A stretch of DNA of 64,000 nucleotides, from contig NC_068992.1 of the NCBI RefSeq assembly GCF_001194135.2, positions 66,671,950 through 66,735,949 of the forward strand, in the 5' to 3' direction. This document shows positions 41,984-54,289 of the stretch, piece by piece. This stretch comes from Octopus bimaculoides (lineage: Eukaryota). The first letter of the stretch is position 1. Each line of letters begins with the position of its first letter. Position numbers and translations under genes: made by a program. The notes beneath the pieces were generated by a model. That model had not been told where the DNA came from. It did no database searches and worked only from the letters and a program-made list of their open reading frames with translations.

Positions 41984-42045
<62 letters not shown>

Positions 42046-42652
42046 NNNNNNNNNNNNNNNNNNNNNNNNNNNNNNNNNNNNNNNNNNNNNNNNNNNNNNN
42101 NNNNNNNNNNNNNNNNNNNNNNNNNNNNNNNNNNNNNNNNNNNNNNNNNNNNNNNNNNNNNNNNNNNNNNNNNNNNNNNNNNNNNNNNNNNNNNNNNNNN
42201 NNNNNNNNNNNNNNNNNNNNNNNNNNNNNNNNNNNNNNNNNNNNNNNNNNNNNNNNNNNNNNNNNNNNNNNNNNNNNNNNNNNNNNNNNNNNNNNNNNNN
42301 NNNNNNNNNNNNNNNNNNNNNNNNNNNNNNNNNNNNNNNNNNNNNNNNNNNNNNNNNNNNNNNNNNNNNNNNNNNNNNNNNNNNNNNNNNNNNNNNNNNN
42401 NNNNNNNNNNNNNNNNNNNNNNNNNNNNNNNNNNNNNNNNNNNNNNNNNNNNNNNNNNNNNNNNNNNNNNNNNNNNNNNNNNNNNNNNNNNNNNNNNNNN
42501 NNNNNNNNNNNNNNNNNNNNNNNNNNNNNNNNNNNNNNNNNNNNNNNNNNNNNNNNNNNNNNNNNNNNNNNNNNNNNNNNNNNNNNNNNNNNNNNNNNNN
42601 NNNNNNNNNNNNNNNNNNNNNNNNNNNNNNNNNNNNNNNNNNNNNNNNNNNN

Positions 42653-42715
<63 letters not shown>

Positions 42716-43114
42716 TGACAACAGGGTCCCAAGCAAGCAAGTGGGGGAAACCAAAGGAAGAAGACTGAACACCATATATATACTTCGCCTCTGTATCTAC
42801 TTACTAATTCCTCCATCTTAAACACAGACTTTCTTCTGTCTGCTCAATCCTTCACCTCTGAAACAGAAACATCCGCTGCCATGACGGTGCGCTGTTACAA
42901 ACAGCTCACAGCAACAACACAACAACGACAACAACAACAACGACAACGAAAACGACGACGACGACGACTGAAACAAACTGAACCGTTTTATTCAGTTTTT
43001 CCAACTCAATAATATCGAACCGGAAACAGATTACCTTCTGGACAAAAGTTATTCTCCCGAAAATCAGGAATTGGTAAAATACAAAACATAGACTCTTTGT
43101 CGTCGCCGTCGTCG

Positions 43115-43147
<33 letters not shown>

Positions 43148-43707
43148 TCCTCCTCCTCCTCCTCCTCCTCCCCCACCGCCTCCACCTTCAACATCACCAT
43201 CACCACTATCACTAGGACCAACACCACCAGCACCAATATCAGCAGCACCAATATCAGCAGCTTCACCGCCGCCGNNNNNNNNNNNNNNNNNNNNNNNNNN
43301 NNNNNNNNNNNNNNNNNNNNNNNNNNNNNNNNNNNNNNNNNNNNNNNNNNNNNNNNNNNNNNNNNNNNNNNNNNNNNNNNNNNNNNNNNNNNNNNNNNNN
43401 NNNNNNNNNNNNNNNNNNNNNNNNNNNNNNNNNNNNNNNNNNNNNNNNNNNNNNNNNNNNNNNNNNNNNNNNTGAAAGAGAAAATAAAAAAAAAACAAAC
43501 ATTGGAATCCAAAACGAATATTTTTAGTGAAATAATTAGAAATTCCTATTTGGAATTAAAATGAGAATTTAGTTTATTTAATCCCAAACGTAATTCTATA
43601 ATTAAAGCGCGGATTAAGCGAGGGGGATTCATCTCGCGAAGCTGGTGCTTATTATCGGGGGCCGAAAACAACCAGCGTTGAATGTATAGACAATCAACCA
43701 TCGCAGC

Positions 43708-43749
<42 letters not shown>

Positions 43750-44078
43750 TATACACATTCTCGTATATAGTCACAATCATGTAAACAACTATATACTTGT
43801 ACATTTACAATTACGTGTATAGGTATACACATACATCTATGCTGAGGCTTATTTACGCACGCCCACGTATGTATTCATACGCATACATATATATTACCCA
43901 CCGATACGTACACACATAGAATCGCGCTTATACACACACACAATACACATATATGTATGTATATATCTCACACACATTCAAACAAATATGCACATATACA
44001 TAGGCTCACGTATAGTTATGTACACACAGACAAAAACACTCATGAACTATTATGTACATATACACATGCACGGTTATA

Positions 44079-44277
44079 TACGACGTCTGATCAGTAAGCA
44101 TCGGCACTGTTGCCATAGTAACGAAGCTAAAGCACGCAGGATAAAGCCGCTTGGCACCGACTGACCTTGAACTCTGCTGTTCATGCGCACTCAGTTTTAA
44201 TGTTCTAACTCACTTCCGCTGTTCACAGCAGTGCTTGGAAGGAAGGTGTGTAGCGTGTGATCGTCGCATTGACCACG
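44079..44277 (+). mobile_element. Mariner-type transposon 5' end (TIR plus 5' UTR), truncated
   Basis: TA followed by CGACGTCTGATCAGTAAG... TIR-like start; stops before the transposase ORF; recognised from recall. Confidence 0.6.
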
Positions 44278-44488
44278 TAAATGCACACTCTTGTATAATT
44301 AAGTTCATATATACAGACCTACACCCTCATATACACACGCACACATAATACAGGCACACATATGCACACACACACACATACACATAATACAGGGACAAAC
44401 ATGCACACATAATACTGGCACACACATGCACACACACGCACACACATACACACACACATATACAACTTTTTTAAACGTTGTTCCCCGC

Positions 44489-44538
44489 CCACATGTTTCC
44501 CGTCCACATGTTTCCCCTCCACATGTTTCCACATGTCT
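44489..44538. repeat. 15-bp tandem repeat CCACATGTTTCCC(G/C)T with four CACATG E-boxes
   Basis: CACATG at 44490, 44505, 44520 and 44530. Confidence 0.85.
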
Positions 44539-44746
44539 TTGAAGTTTTTTCTTTCTTAAACTTTCTCCCCTCAAATATCCCTCAAAAACCAAATCTTTGC
44601 TCAACCGATTTTTACAATTTCCTATTTCAACAGATTAAAGAAGGGTCAGAGGTTTGTAGCCGTTGCCGTCCCTCCCAATCCCGGATTAGGCCAAAAGTAA
44701 TCATCACGGATCGGATAAACCGTCCATTTTGCAGGGTTCCAGTAAT

Positions 44747-45024
44747 AGGCGCGTGGCTTAGTGGTTAAGGTATTTGGCTTACGATCGCAAGGTCGTGAGT
44801 TCGATACTCGAGCAAGACACTTTATTTCACGTTGCACCAGTCCACTTAGCTGGCAAAAATGAGTTTTACCTGTATTTCAAAAGGGGTCAGCCTTGGTGCA
44901 TTCTGTATCACGCAGAATCTCCCTGGGAATTGCGTCAAGGGTAGGCGTATCTGTGGAGTACTCAGCCACGTGCATGTAAATTTTACAAGCAGGCTGTTCC
45001 ATTGATCGGATCAACTGGAACGAC
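44747..45024 (+). mobile_element. tRNA-derived SINE, family C
   Basis: A box TGGCTTAGTGG and B box GAGTTCGATAC, followed by a non-tRNA body. Confidence 0.8.
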
Positions 45025-45433
45025 GGAGAGCAAGAAAAGAAAGGCCTTCGTAACATGGAGAAAAAGTGGGGTTGGGGTTAGTAAACGGCATTGTAAGGCT
45101 TTTCCTCACCCTAAAGAGCTGTACGAAATACTTTCAACAGAGGGGAGCCTAATAGAGACATCTAGATGACAGAGGGTGGTGTTAAACCGAGCAACGGCCG
45201 GAGTGCTCGATGCCACTATATTACTGGTAGCATTTGTATCAACCCAATCTCAATTCGAACTCAAAACATTTGGTGATATAACTAAAAATGACGAAGTAGT
45301 GTGAGACATCGGTATTTCCGCCATTGTCACAGATATAGACTGAAGTATTAAGTACATCGGCACAGTGTTGTACTCCCCTCGCCACCACCACCACCACTAC
45401 CACTACCACCACCACTACCACCACTACTAATCG

Positions 45434-45484
<51 letters not shown>

Positions 45485-45934
45485 AAAGAAAAAAGAGAAA
45501 TGAAAGAAATTCAATTAGATCTGTAAAAACATTTTAGTATATNNNNNNNNNNNNNNNNNNNNNNNNNNNNNNNNNNNNNNNNNNNNNNNNNNNNNNNNNN
45601 CACACACACACACACACAGAGAATAGTTTTCAATAATTTTTGTATTGAAATTCCTTTTTCGAGTGTTGGTTTCCAGTTTTTTCTTTTGAATTACAGATTT
45701 TTTTTTCTTTAGAATTGTTATTAATTTTCTCCTGCAGCTCTTTGGAAAAATCGCTGTGGTATAAAATCGTATTTGTAATGAATATAGTAGAGTAGCAGAG
45801 GCGGTAGAGTACAGACTACTCTAACTAAATGATGTAATGTTGGAGAGATCATAGTGTACCCTAAATAAATATCTTCAACTGTTTACTTACGGTCTTTTAC
45901 GACCTTGTATTTTGATGAGGTCTCCTTGTATCTT

Positions 45935-46226
45935 CACCTCCACCTTCTTTATCCGGATTACAATTTTGCATTTATACCAATAATACTTGGAGTATTTAGT
46001 TTTGTAAGTAAATGCCTAACTCTCAGTCTGGATAAGCTTGGATTTTCAGAAAAAGAAATCAACCAACTCATTCACATATTACAAATACAATCTGTAAGCG
46101 GAAGAGTAAAAATATGCAAGACTTTTCTCAAGTTTAAAATGTGACATTATTTTCGTTATCTACATTCCAATAATAGAGCTTTGTACATTTGTTAGAAACC
46201 AGCTCCTTCTTCAGAGGAAGAATTTA
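45935..46226 (+). mobile_element. 3' end of a second RLE-bearing non-LTR retrotransposon
   Basis: LLYPDYNFAFIPIILGVFSFV...LDKLGFS...SVSGRVKICKTFLKFKM* resembles RLE C-termini (IPIIIGALG), followed by 3' UTR-like sequence. Confidence 0.7.
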
Positions 46227-46265
46227 AATGGTTAAATACCGAAGAGGCGTACATACATACATACA

Positions 46266-46299
<34 letters not shown>

Positions 46300-46305
46300 C
46301 ATGCA

Positions 46306-46570
46306 TAGGTACATGGCTAAGTGGCTAGGATGTTGCACTAACGATCGCGAGATCATGATTTCAATTCCTGCGCCATGTGGTGCGTTGTGTTCTTTAGCAA
46401 AATACTTCATCTTATCTTGCTCTGCGATCACTTCGACACCTGATGCGTGGCACACTGTGCCCCTGTTCAGAAAACGTCGATTTGATGGATGGAGTGAGCT
46501 TATGTGCGGCACAAACATTTGATCACTCTAAGCAAATCATTTGTGTAAATCGTTCAAGGAATTGCAGAAT
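46306..46570 (+). mobile_element. tRNA-derived SINE (fourth family or family C relative)
   Basis: A box TGGCTAAGTGG and degenerate B box GATTTCAATTCC. Confidence 0.65.
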
Positions 46571-47066
46571 TGTCTTTCTTGGAATACGAGAGACTGTTTG
46601 TCTATCTGTCTGTTTATCTGTGTTCTGAATTCAGATAAGTACCAGCCATATACTCGCGTCCATTCTATTGTCTGTGGTCTTCCTATGTAAATTGAGTCAA
46701 TGGATACGTTGATGAACCAGCAAGGCAGCCACTAATTGGCTATTTGATCGGTTAGAAATAATACCTAAGTGTACAGTATTACAAATGGAAGGTTACGTTA
46801 ACAGGGCAATCCCAGATACTTCAGAAAAAGGACGAAACGCTTGTGGTTAGTACGTTTTCTAAATCATGTCTGTTTGTTCTTGGCTGACCTTCAGGGCTAA
46901 ACAACATCCACAATAACAACCCCTATTTTCTCTAAAACAAGGCAATGGAAACAGAAACATTCCAATGTGAAATTGAATAACTATTTGGTTACTGATTACA
47001 CTAAACATCCATTTAATTTCATCGTAATATACATAGCACACGCACAAGCACACACATACACACGCA

Positions 47067-47105
<39 letters not shown>

Positions 47106-47713
47106 ACACGCATACACAAGATGACAACAGAAACACACACGGGCACACGTACGTACATACAGACAGACAAACACACAGAGACAGACACACACATACACAG
47201 ACAGACAGACACACACNNNNNNNNNNNNNNNNNNNNNNNNNNNNNNNNNNNNNNNNNNNNNNNNNNNNNNNNNNNNNNNNNNNNNNNNNNNNNNNNNNNN
47301 NNNNNNNNNNNNNNNNNNNNNNNNNNNNNNNNNNNNNNNNNNNNNNNNNNNNNNNNNNNNNNNNNNNNNNNNNNNNNNNNNNNNNNNNNNNNNNNNNNNN
47401 NNNNNNNNNNNNNNNNNNNNNNNNNNNNNNNNNNNNNNNNNNNNNNNNNNNNNNNNNNNNNNNNNNNNNNNNNNNNNNNNNNNNNNNNNNNNNNNNNNNN
47501 NNNNNNNNNNNNNNNNNNNNNNNNNNNNNNNNNNNNNNNNNNNNNNNNNNNNNNNNNNNNNNNNNNNNNNNNNNNNNNNNNNNNNNNNNNNNNNNNNNNN
47601 NNNNNNNNNNNNNNNNNNNNNNNNNNNNNNNNNNNNNNNNNNNNNNNNNNNNNNNNNNNNNNNNNNNNNNNNNNNNNNNNNNNNATACATACATACATAC
47701 ATACATACATACA

Positions 47714-47748
<35 letters not shown>

Positions 47749-48012
47749 GTAGATATTTCTATATGTATGCATGAATATGTGCGTGTGTGTGTGTATATTG
47801 TCAATGGCGGTGATGCAGCTGAACCGCTTTCGTGCACATCAAACATTGGCAGATTAAAATTTCTCCATCTTATGTTTTGATTTCGAAACGCATCGAGGTT
47901 GTTGACTGAGACTTGTATCGATCCGGTATCGATCAAAGCAACATTAATTATTATGTAACTATCAGTGCAGCGATACGTTCAATTCGGTTCAATCAACGAG
48001 GCTAGCTTTTAC

Positions 48013-48201
48013 CTTTTCCTGACACAGTCTATCTAGGATTACACTATCCATTATCTCATTCCTTTCTCCAGAACAGAACTGGATTCGGTTCAACCCACGG
48101 CATAATTCTTTATTAAAAATTTGAGCCATTTCACCGAAGTCCAAATTTAGTGTGGGATAGTTTTCGTTTTGGCAAGGACCGCTGGGCTTAGCTTCACATC
48201 G
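48013..48201 (-). CDS. Candidate internal coding exon, 189 nt, phase 0/0: RCEAKPSGPCQNENYPTLNLDFGEMAQIFNKELCRGLNRIQFCSGERNEIMDSVILDRLCQEK
   Basis: Acceptor TCTCCCTCTCTCTGCTTGCAG| and donor AAG|GTAAAA; the only open frame; length divisible by 3; no homology recognised. Confidence 0.3.
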
Positions 48202-49780
48202 CTGCAAGCAGAGAGAGGGAGATTGTGACGTGCTTTCAGTCACGTGGTTTAGACTGCTAACGGCACCGAAAGCAACACAAATGTGTGAATTTGAAGTATT
48301 CCAAGTTGGCTGATGTCCAGTTTATTTTGGGAAATATTCTAATAAATTCGAAATAAAATATAGCAACAAATTCCAATGTGCGCACCAGGACACGAAGCAA
48401 AACAAAAACTGAAGTTTGAAGAAAAAAAAAAACAAAACAAAAAAACAGAACTACCAGAGTCCAGAGATCGAAGTTATGGAAGTCTTGAGGTGGAGAGAAA
48501 AGAAGAAAGTAGAAAGGAAAAAAAAATTGGAAATATTGGTGGATGGGAAGTTTAACGTGAATTCATCGAAACTTAGATAATAAAATAATAACACAAGAAG
48601 TGATTAAAACTAATTATTAAAAATGACAATATTAATGAATAATGACAGATGGATAATGACAAATAACACTCTTTATTTAAGAGTGAACAACTGGCAAATT
48701 TATTGTTTCTCAAGAGAAAACATATTTGAATAAGATGTCACTTTCTATAAAAACAGACTTTACGAAATAAAACATCGCAAAACGAAAATACACCGATCAA
48801 TACTGAATAAACAATAAACAAATAATAATACAATAACTACAATAACAATACAATATTGAGAAATATGTTAATAGTTGTTAATTGAGAGAAATTCGTTAAA
48901 AATGTTGTTGTTTGTCTGAGTTGGCCACACAATTTCGTCAATATTTATGGCATTTTAAAATGTTTTAAAACAAGAGAATATTAGATAGCAGAATGGGTAG
49001 AGCGCTTCTTTGAGTGATGAGGTATTTACTTAGATCTTTTTAAGTTCTTGGTTCAAATCACACACACAGACACACACATATAATTCATATATTTCATAAA
49101 AGTGTTCGGTATTCGAGAGTATATACGGATGATGTCAAAGAAGCCAGTTTATATAATTGTGAAAGGCATATGAAAGTTGTGAAAGATCTTCTTGAAGCTA
49201 TGAACTATCAAATACAGATTTGGGATATATATATATATATATATATATGAGAAGGTGAAACAATACCGAAACCTTTCCATTGTTTTCACTAGTTTGTTGA
49301 AATGATTAAATCGACTTCAGTCAACTTTTCTGAATTATCCAAAAATTCCGATCAATTAATCTTATTGCAGTTATTTAACTTTTAGATTCTAAAAGCGGAA
49401 CTATCTTTTACCAATTGCTTCAACAACCTCACGTGTTAGATGTAAGACTCTACTTTTTGGAAATGTTTTTTTGTTAACGAAACACGTCGCGCGCGTCATG
49501 CCTACTTCTACACCTACGCCATCTGTTGAAAGAATTATCTTATTACAAAAGATTATCATTGATTAAAAAAAAACATTAAAAAACTGAAAGTGTCTTCTAA
49601 GCACCGAGGTTTCCTGTCAACCAGTATCCATGTCATGAAGAGGATGAGCGATAAATTTCTCACTCGATGCTACACCTGTTTATCTTTGAGAATATTTCCT
49701 GATAATATCATTCAAATGAGAGTTTGGCGAGTGTGGAATAGATATTCCCTCTTTCAGATAACAGCCCAACTTATTTCCTC

Positions 49781-49981
49781 TCTCTTTTACTTGTTTCAGT
49801 CAGCAGACTGCGCCCACGCTGGGGCAGCGCCTTGAAGGATCTTTTTAGCTGAATGAGTCGACCCCTGCACTTATTTTTTTCTTTAAGCCCGACACTTATT
49901 CTATCGGTCTCTTTTGTCGACCCGATAAATTACAGGGCCATAAACATACCAACACCGGTGGTCAAGCGGTGGTGGGGGTCA

Positions 49982-50054
<73 letters not shown>

Positions 50055-50158
50055 CTTTGTCGGCCTGAGGCGATAGTAGAAGGCACTCGTTCAAGTTGCC
50101 GCACATTGGGCCTGAACCCGGAACCCCGGAACCGTGTGGTTGGGAAGCAAGCCTGTAC
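49781..50158 (-). mobile_element. SINE family B containing an internal (CA)n array
   Basis: Matches the 16421 copy; GGAACC duplication in the head. Confidence 0.85.
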
Positions 50159-51032
50159 CTATTATGAGTAGCTGATAAAATATCTTAACCCTTCCAACAT
50201 ATTGTTACTTTAGTATTAACCGACAAGAACGAAAGCTACAGGTGGCCAAGTCGATACGGCACCAGATTGTCGATATTATGTCACGAGTTCGTGCTACACA
50301 AAAGGCGATGCACTGTATCATTCATTCTATGAGATTTTTGTCTGAATGATCAGAGAATTCGCCTCATTGTATTATTCTCTTGTAAATTGATTCATTACAC
50401 AAAAACGAAGTCTTCGGCAGTTTTATTTCCCATGACCTCCTGTTTTACAAGTATAAAAAGAATTTCCTTTCAAGATTTGTTTTTTTTTTTCAGCTTTTCG
50501 TTTCGGCTTCCATTTATTTTTTCGCACTCATTTTATGGGTGTCGACTAGTCTTGGTGATGTAGATGTGTGAATGTGTATGTATATCTGTGTATGTGAATG
50601 TGTGTATATGTGCTAATGCATATGTGAGTGTCTGTGTGTGCTTGTATGTGAATGGAACATGGAGTCTGTGCATGTGCATGTGGGCAGTCAGCAACTGCTT
50701 CTGCATCATGTGTTTATTTGATGTATGCATATGTGCAAGACGATGACGACATGTGTTTTTACGTGTATGTGTGTGTGTGTGTGTGTGTGTATGTGTGTGT
50801 AGGTCGTACGTGCAGATATGTGTGTATGGAAATAGAAATGTGTGAATCTTCGTGTCTGTGTTTATACAAACATAAATGTGTATAAGCACGTTTATGTGTA
50901 AATGTGTGCGTATAAACACGTGTATACAAAGGGAAGTATGCGTGTGTGTGTGTGCGTGTATTGTATGTGTGTGTGTGTGTATGCATGTGTAGGGCTATGC
51001 ATCTGTTGATGACGACTACGATGGTGACGGCA

Positions 51033-51088
<56 letters not shown>

Positions 51089-51613
51089 GATGATGGTGAT
51101 GATGATGGTGGCGATGGCGAAGTAATGATTTGGTTCTGAGTTCCTTGAGAGAATGGCTGCTGCTCTGAGAATCGATTATTGATAACATGTAATACTTCTT
51201 TCTTGTGAAATGAAAGACAAAACAAAAAAATTAAAAAAAAATTAAATAAACAGACAAATACATTGAAAAACAAACACACGAACGAATGAAAATGATAGAA
51301 ACGAAGGAAAGAAGAAAGAAAGAGGCTGAAAGAAGAGAAGAAAGAAAAGGAGGATGGAAGAAGTAGCTGAAGTGTAAAAGGAAAAAGAAAATAAAGACGA
51401 ATGTTTTAAGAAAACGAAAAGGTAAAGAAAAATAGTTGTCAGTTTTAAGAAAGTTTAAAGTCTGAAACATCGCTGCTCCGATTACGTGATATTTCTGCGA
51501 TCAGTTGGACATCGATATTGTGTGTGTGTGCGTGTGTGCGTGTGTAATGTTGAGTAAAATTCTGTGTCAGTCTGGTGGTAAACTTGGAATATATTAGCAG
51601 CAGTAGCAGCAGC

Positions 51614-51651
<38 letters not shown>

Positions 51652-52386
51652 CTACGACTACTACTACTACTACTACTACTACTGAAAATATAGTAATATT
51701 AATGGTAGTTCCTTTGAAAAGAACAGTAGCCCCCATAACAAGAGGAACAACATTTTAAACTGTGGAATAAACAGAAGCAAATACAGAGATATATTTGGGA
51801 AGAACTTGAAAGCGAAACAGTTATTGTATAGCGCTCTACCCTCGACTCTCTACCCTGTCCCCTGTCGCCTGTCCTCTCTTCCCTCTCCTCTTCCATCCAC
51901 CCTGTCCCATTTTCCGCCCCCCCTTACCATCTTTACCTTAAAGGATAGCCATATTGAATTTATAAATATTTCAACGAAAGAAAGAAGGAAGAATATATAA
52001 AACAATAAAAAAAGGCTTCTGTATAAATCTACTTAGGTTGTTGATTTGTAAATATTTTTCTGTTTTTGTAAACACAAGTTGATCAGTTAAAACCTGTATA
52101 AAGATAATCTGATCAAACGCTTCACTTAATCGATAAAACACTTGCAAAATCAGCAATCTCGCAATCAATATTTGTTAATACCAGCTTACATTTTAAACGT
52201 GCTGTTTCTCTTAACCTTTGACATTTCCGTTGATCGATGGCGACGAAAGATACGCTGGATTATCTATGAATCCTCTACAGATTCGTTGGAATTATTCCTA
52301 CTAATAAATAAAATATTATAAACTCAACGACGGACTTTATTGCTAAACTGAAATGTGTCTGTGTTTCTAAGAATTTTATGAATTCA

Positions 52387-52398
52387 GGCGCATGCGCC
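52387..52398. promoter_or_regulatory. NRF1/ewg-type palindrome GGCGCATGCGCC
   Basis: Perfect 12-bp palindrome containing GCGCATGCGC; motif match only. Confidence 0.3.
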
Positions 52399-52573
52399 AT
52401 ATGTCAAGTCGGTTGGGTTGGTGTCTTTGTCTATTTACCTCCCTTGTCAGTCTTCATGTAGATTTATGATCAAAGACTGAGGATGACTAAAATTGCTCTA
52501 TCCACGAATAAGGGCGTTCCATCCGTGAAAATCTAACCGCAATTTTGTGTCTTGTGCTATCTAAGAAACCATT

Positions 52574-52773
52574 GCTGGCAGAATCGTTTGCGCGTCGGGC
52601 AAAATGCTTCACGGCCTTTCACCCGTCTTCACGCTGTCAGATCAAATTCCGTCGAGGTCGACTTTACCTTTCATCGTTTCGGGGTCGACAAAATAAGTAC
52701 CAGTTGAGTACTGGGGTAGATATAATCGACTGGTCCCCTTCCCCGAAATTCCAGACCTTGTCTCTAGAGTAGA
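52574..52773 (+). mobile_element. SINE family A, full length
   Basis: GCTGGCAGAATCG head and GAGGTCGACTTTACCTTTCATC core. Confidence 0.85.
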
Positions 52774-52840
52774 AATAATAATAATAATAATATTAATATT
52801 AATAATAATAATAATAATTATTATTATTATTATGATAGCA

Positions 52841-52914
<74 letters not shown>

Positions 52915-53249
52915 CATTGTCATCACGTAGGTAAACTACCTAGCAATATTTAGTTGTGGTTTTTTTATATACTGAGTTGAAATCCCGCCGAGGCTTAACC
53001 TTACGTTTCCTCTCACCGGTGCTGATAAAAACAAGACCAATCAAGTACTGGCATGGAATCGGATCTATTGATCCTTCACATCTGACGCCTTGTGCCTATG
53101 GACGTATTCAAAATTTGTCTAGATTATTTCTGACATTATTTCTGAACAGACTTATGTCTATCAGCAAATTATTTTATTTCTGAATTCAAAGACTTTGGTT
53201 TCAAACACCTTTTGTAGCTATATTTATTATATTTTGATAAAATAATTGT

Positions 53250-53352
<103 letters not shown>

Positions 53353-54289
53353 TGTGTGTGTGTTTCCGTATGTAAACTTGAAACTCGGTTCTACAAATAA
53401 CAAATCAACCAGTCAATTATTTCTTTAACTCTGCTGTTGCTGTTTAAAGAGATCAGCTACAGTCTCCTTTATAAACTATATACGGCAATGGTCTGTAATG
53501 GTGCTTTTGGCTATGACTACATAGCAACAGCAATGGTGGTTGACTACGACCCGTTAGCTGTTGACGCATGCATTCTCATCTGTATTGTTAAAAACTGCCA
53601 TAACCCCATCAAAAAGTATTTAATAAGTTTTGGGCATAATCCGTAACATTACTTGGGTAAGACGAAATATCCTTTAGTAGGTACCAAATCTACTGCATCT
53701 TCACTCTACGAGAAAGCCCTGTTTCCTATACTTTCTAAAAACGATAAATGTAACTAACAGTATTACGTCCCTTGACTGTAGACATCTCGAGAAGTTTTTC
53801 ACAAGATTTGAACGCAAGCCCCATGAATCTGTATTTGATAGTTTATAACTTCATTCAAGAGGATGTTTAATGACAATAATGATGGCAGAAGTGTTAATAT
53901 TGTCGGTGGGAAAATGACGTGAATATATTATAGTCACCGCGCTTTTCGTTCTATCGTTACTGACCTTTGTAAAGATCGCCAGTATTTTTAACCTCAACTA
54001 TTTAAATTTCGGCGCCGTTTGTCGCTAACGCTTTGTATTCTTATTCATTCGATAAGTGTTGACAGCTGCCATGTTTATGAGGTAAAATGTCTAAGCGAAA
54101 TTACAACAAAAAATTCATAGAATGAAGGGAAAATAAATAAAAAGAAAATAGCATAAAAATGTTGATAAGACAGTTTCCATATTATCAGGGGTCCTGAGGT
54201 TAGGGTGGTCTTTTAAATAAAACTATTTATCAGAGCAGGAAAAATAGCATAAAATATTCTGGCTTACAACATGAATATAACAAAGTAGC

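Noticed and set aside
45891-45950. Minus-strand peptide KKVEVKIQGDLIKIQGRKR with a strong donor, resembling HSP20 or YajQ strands
   Set aside because: No credible acceptor, overlaps the opposite-strand LINE fragment, and the similarity is too short
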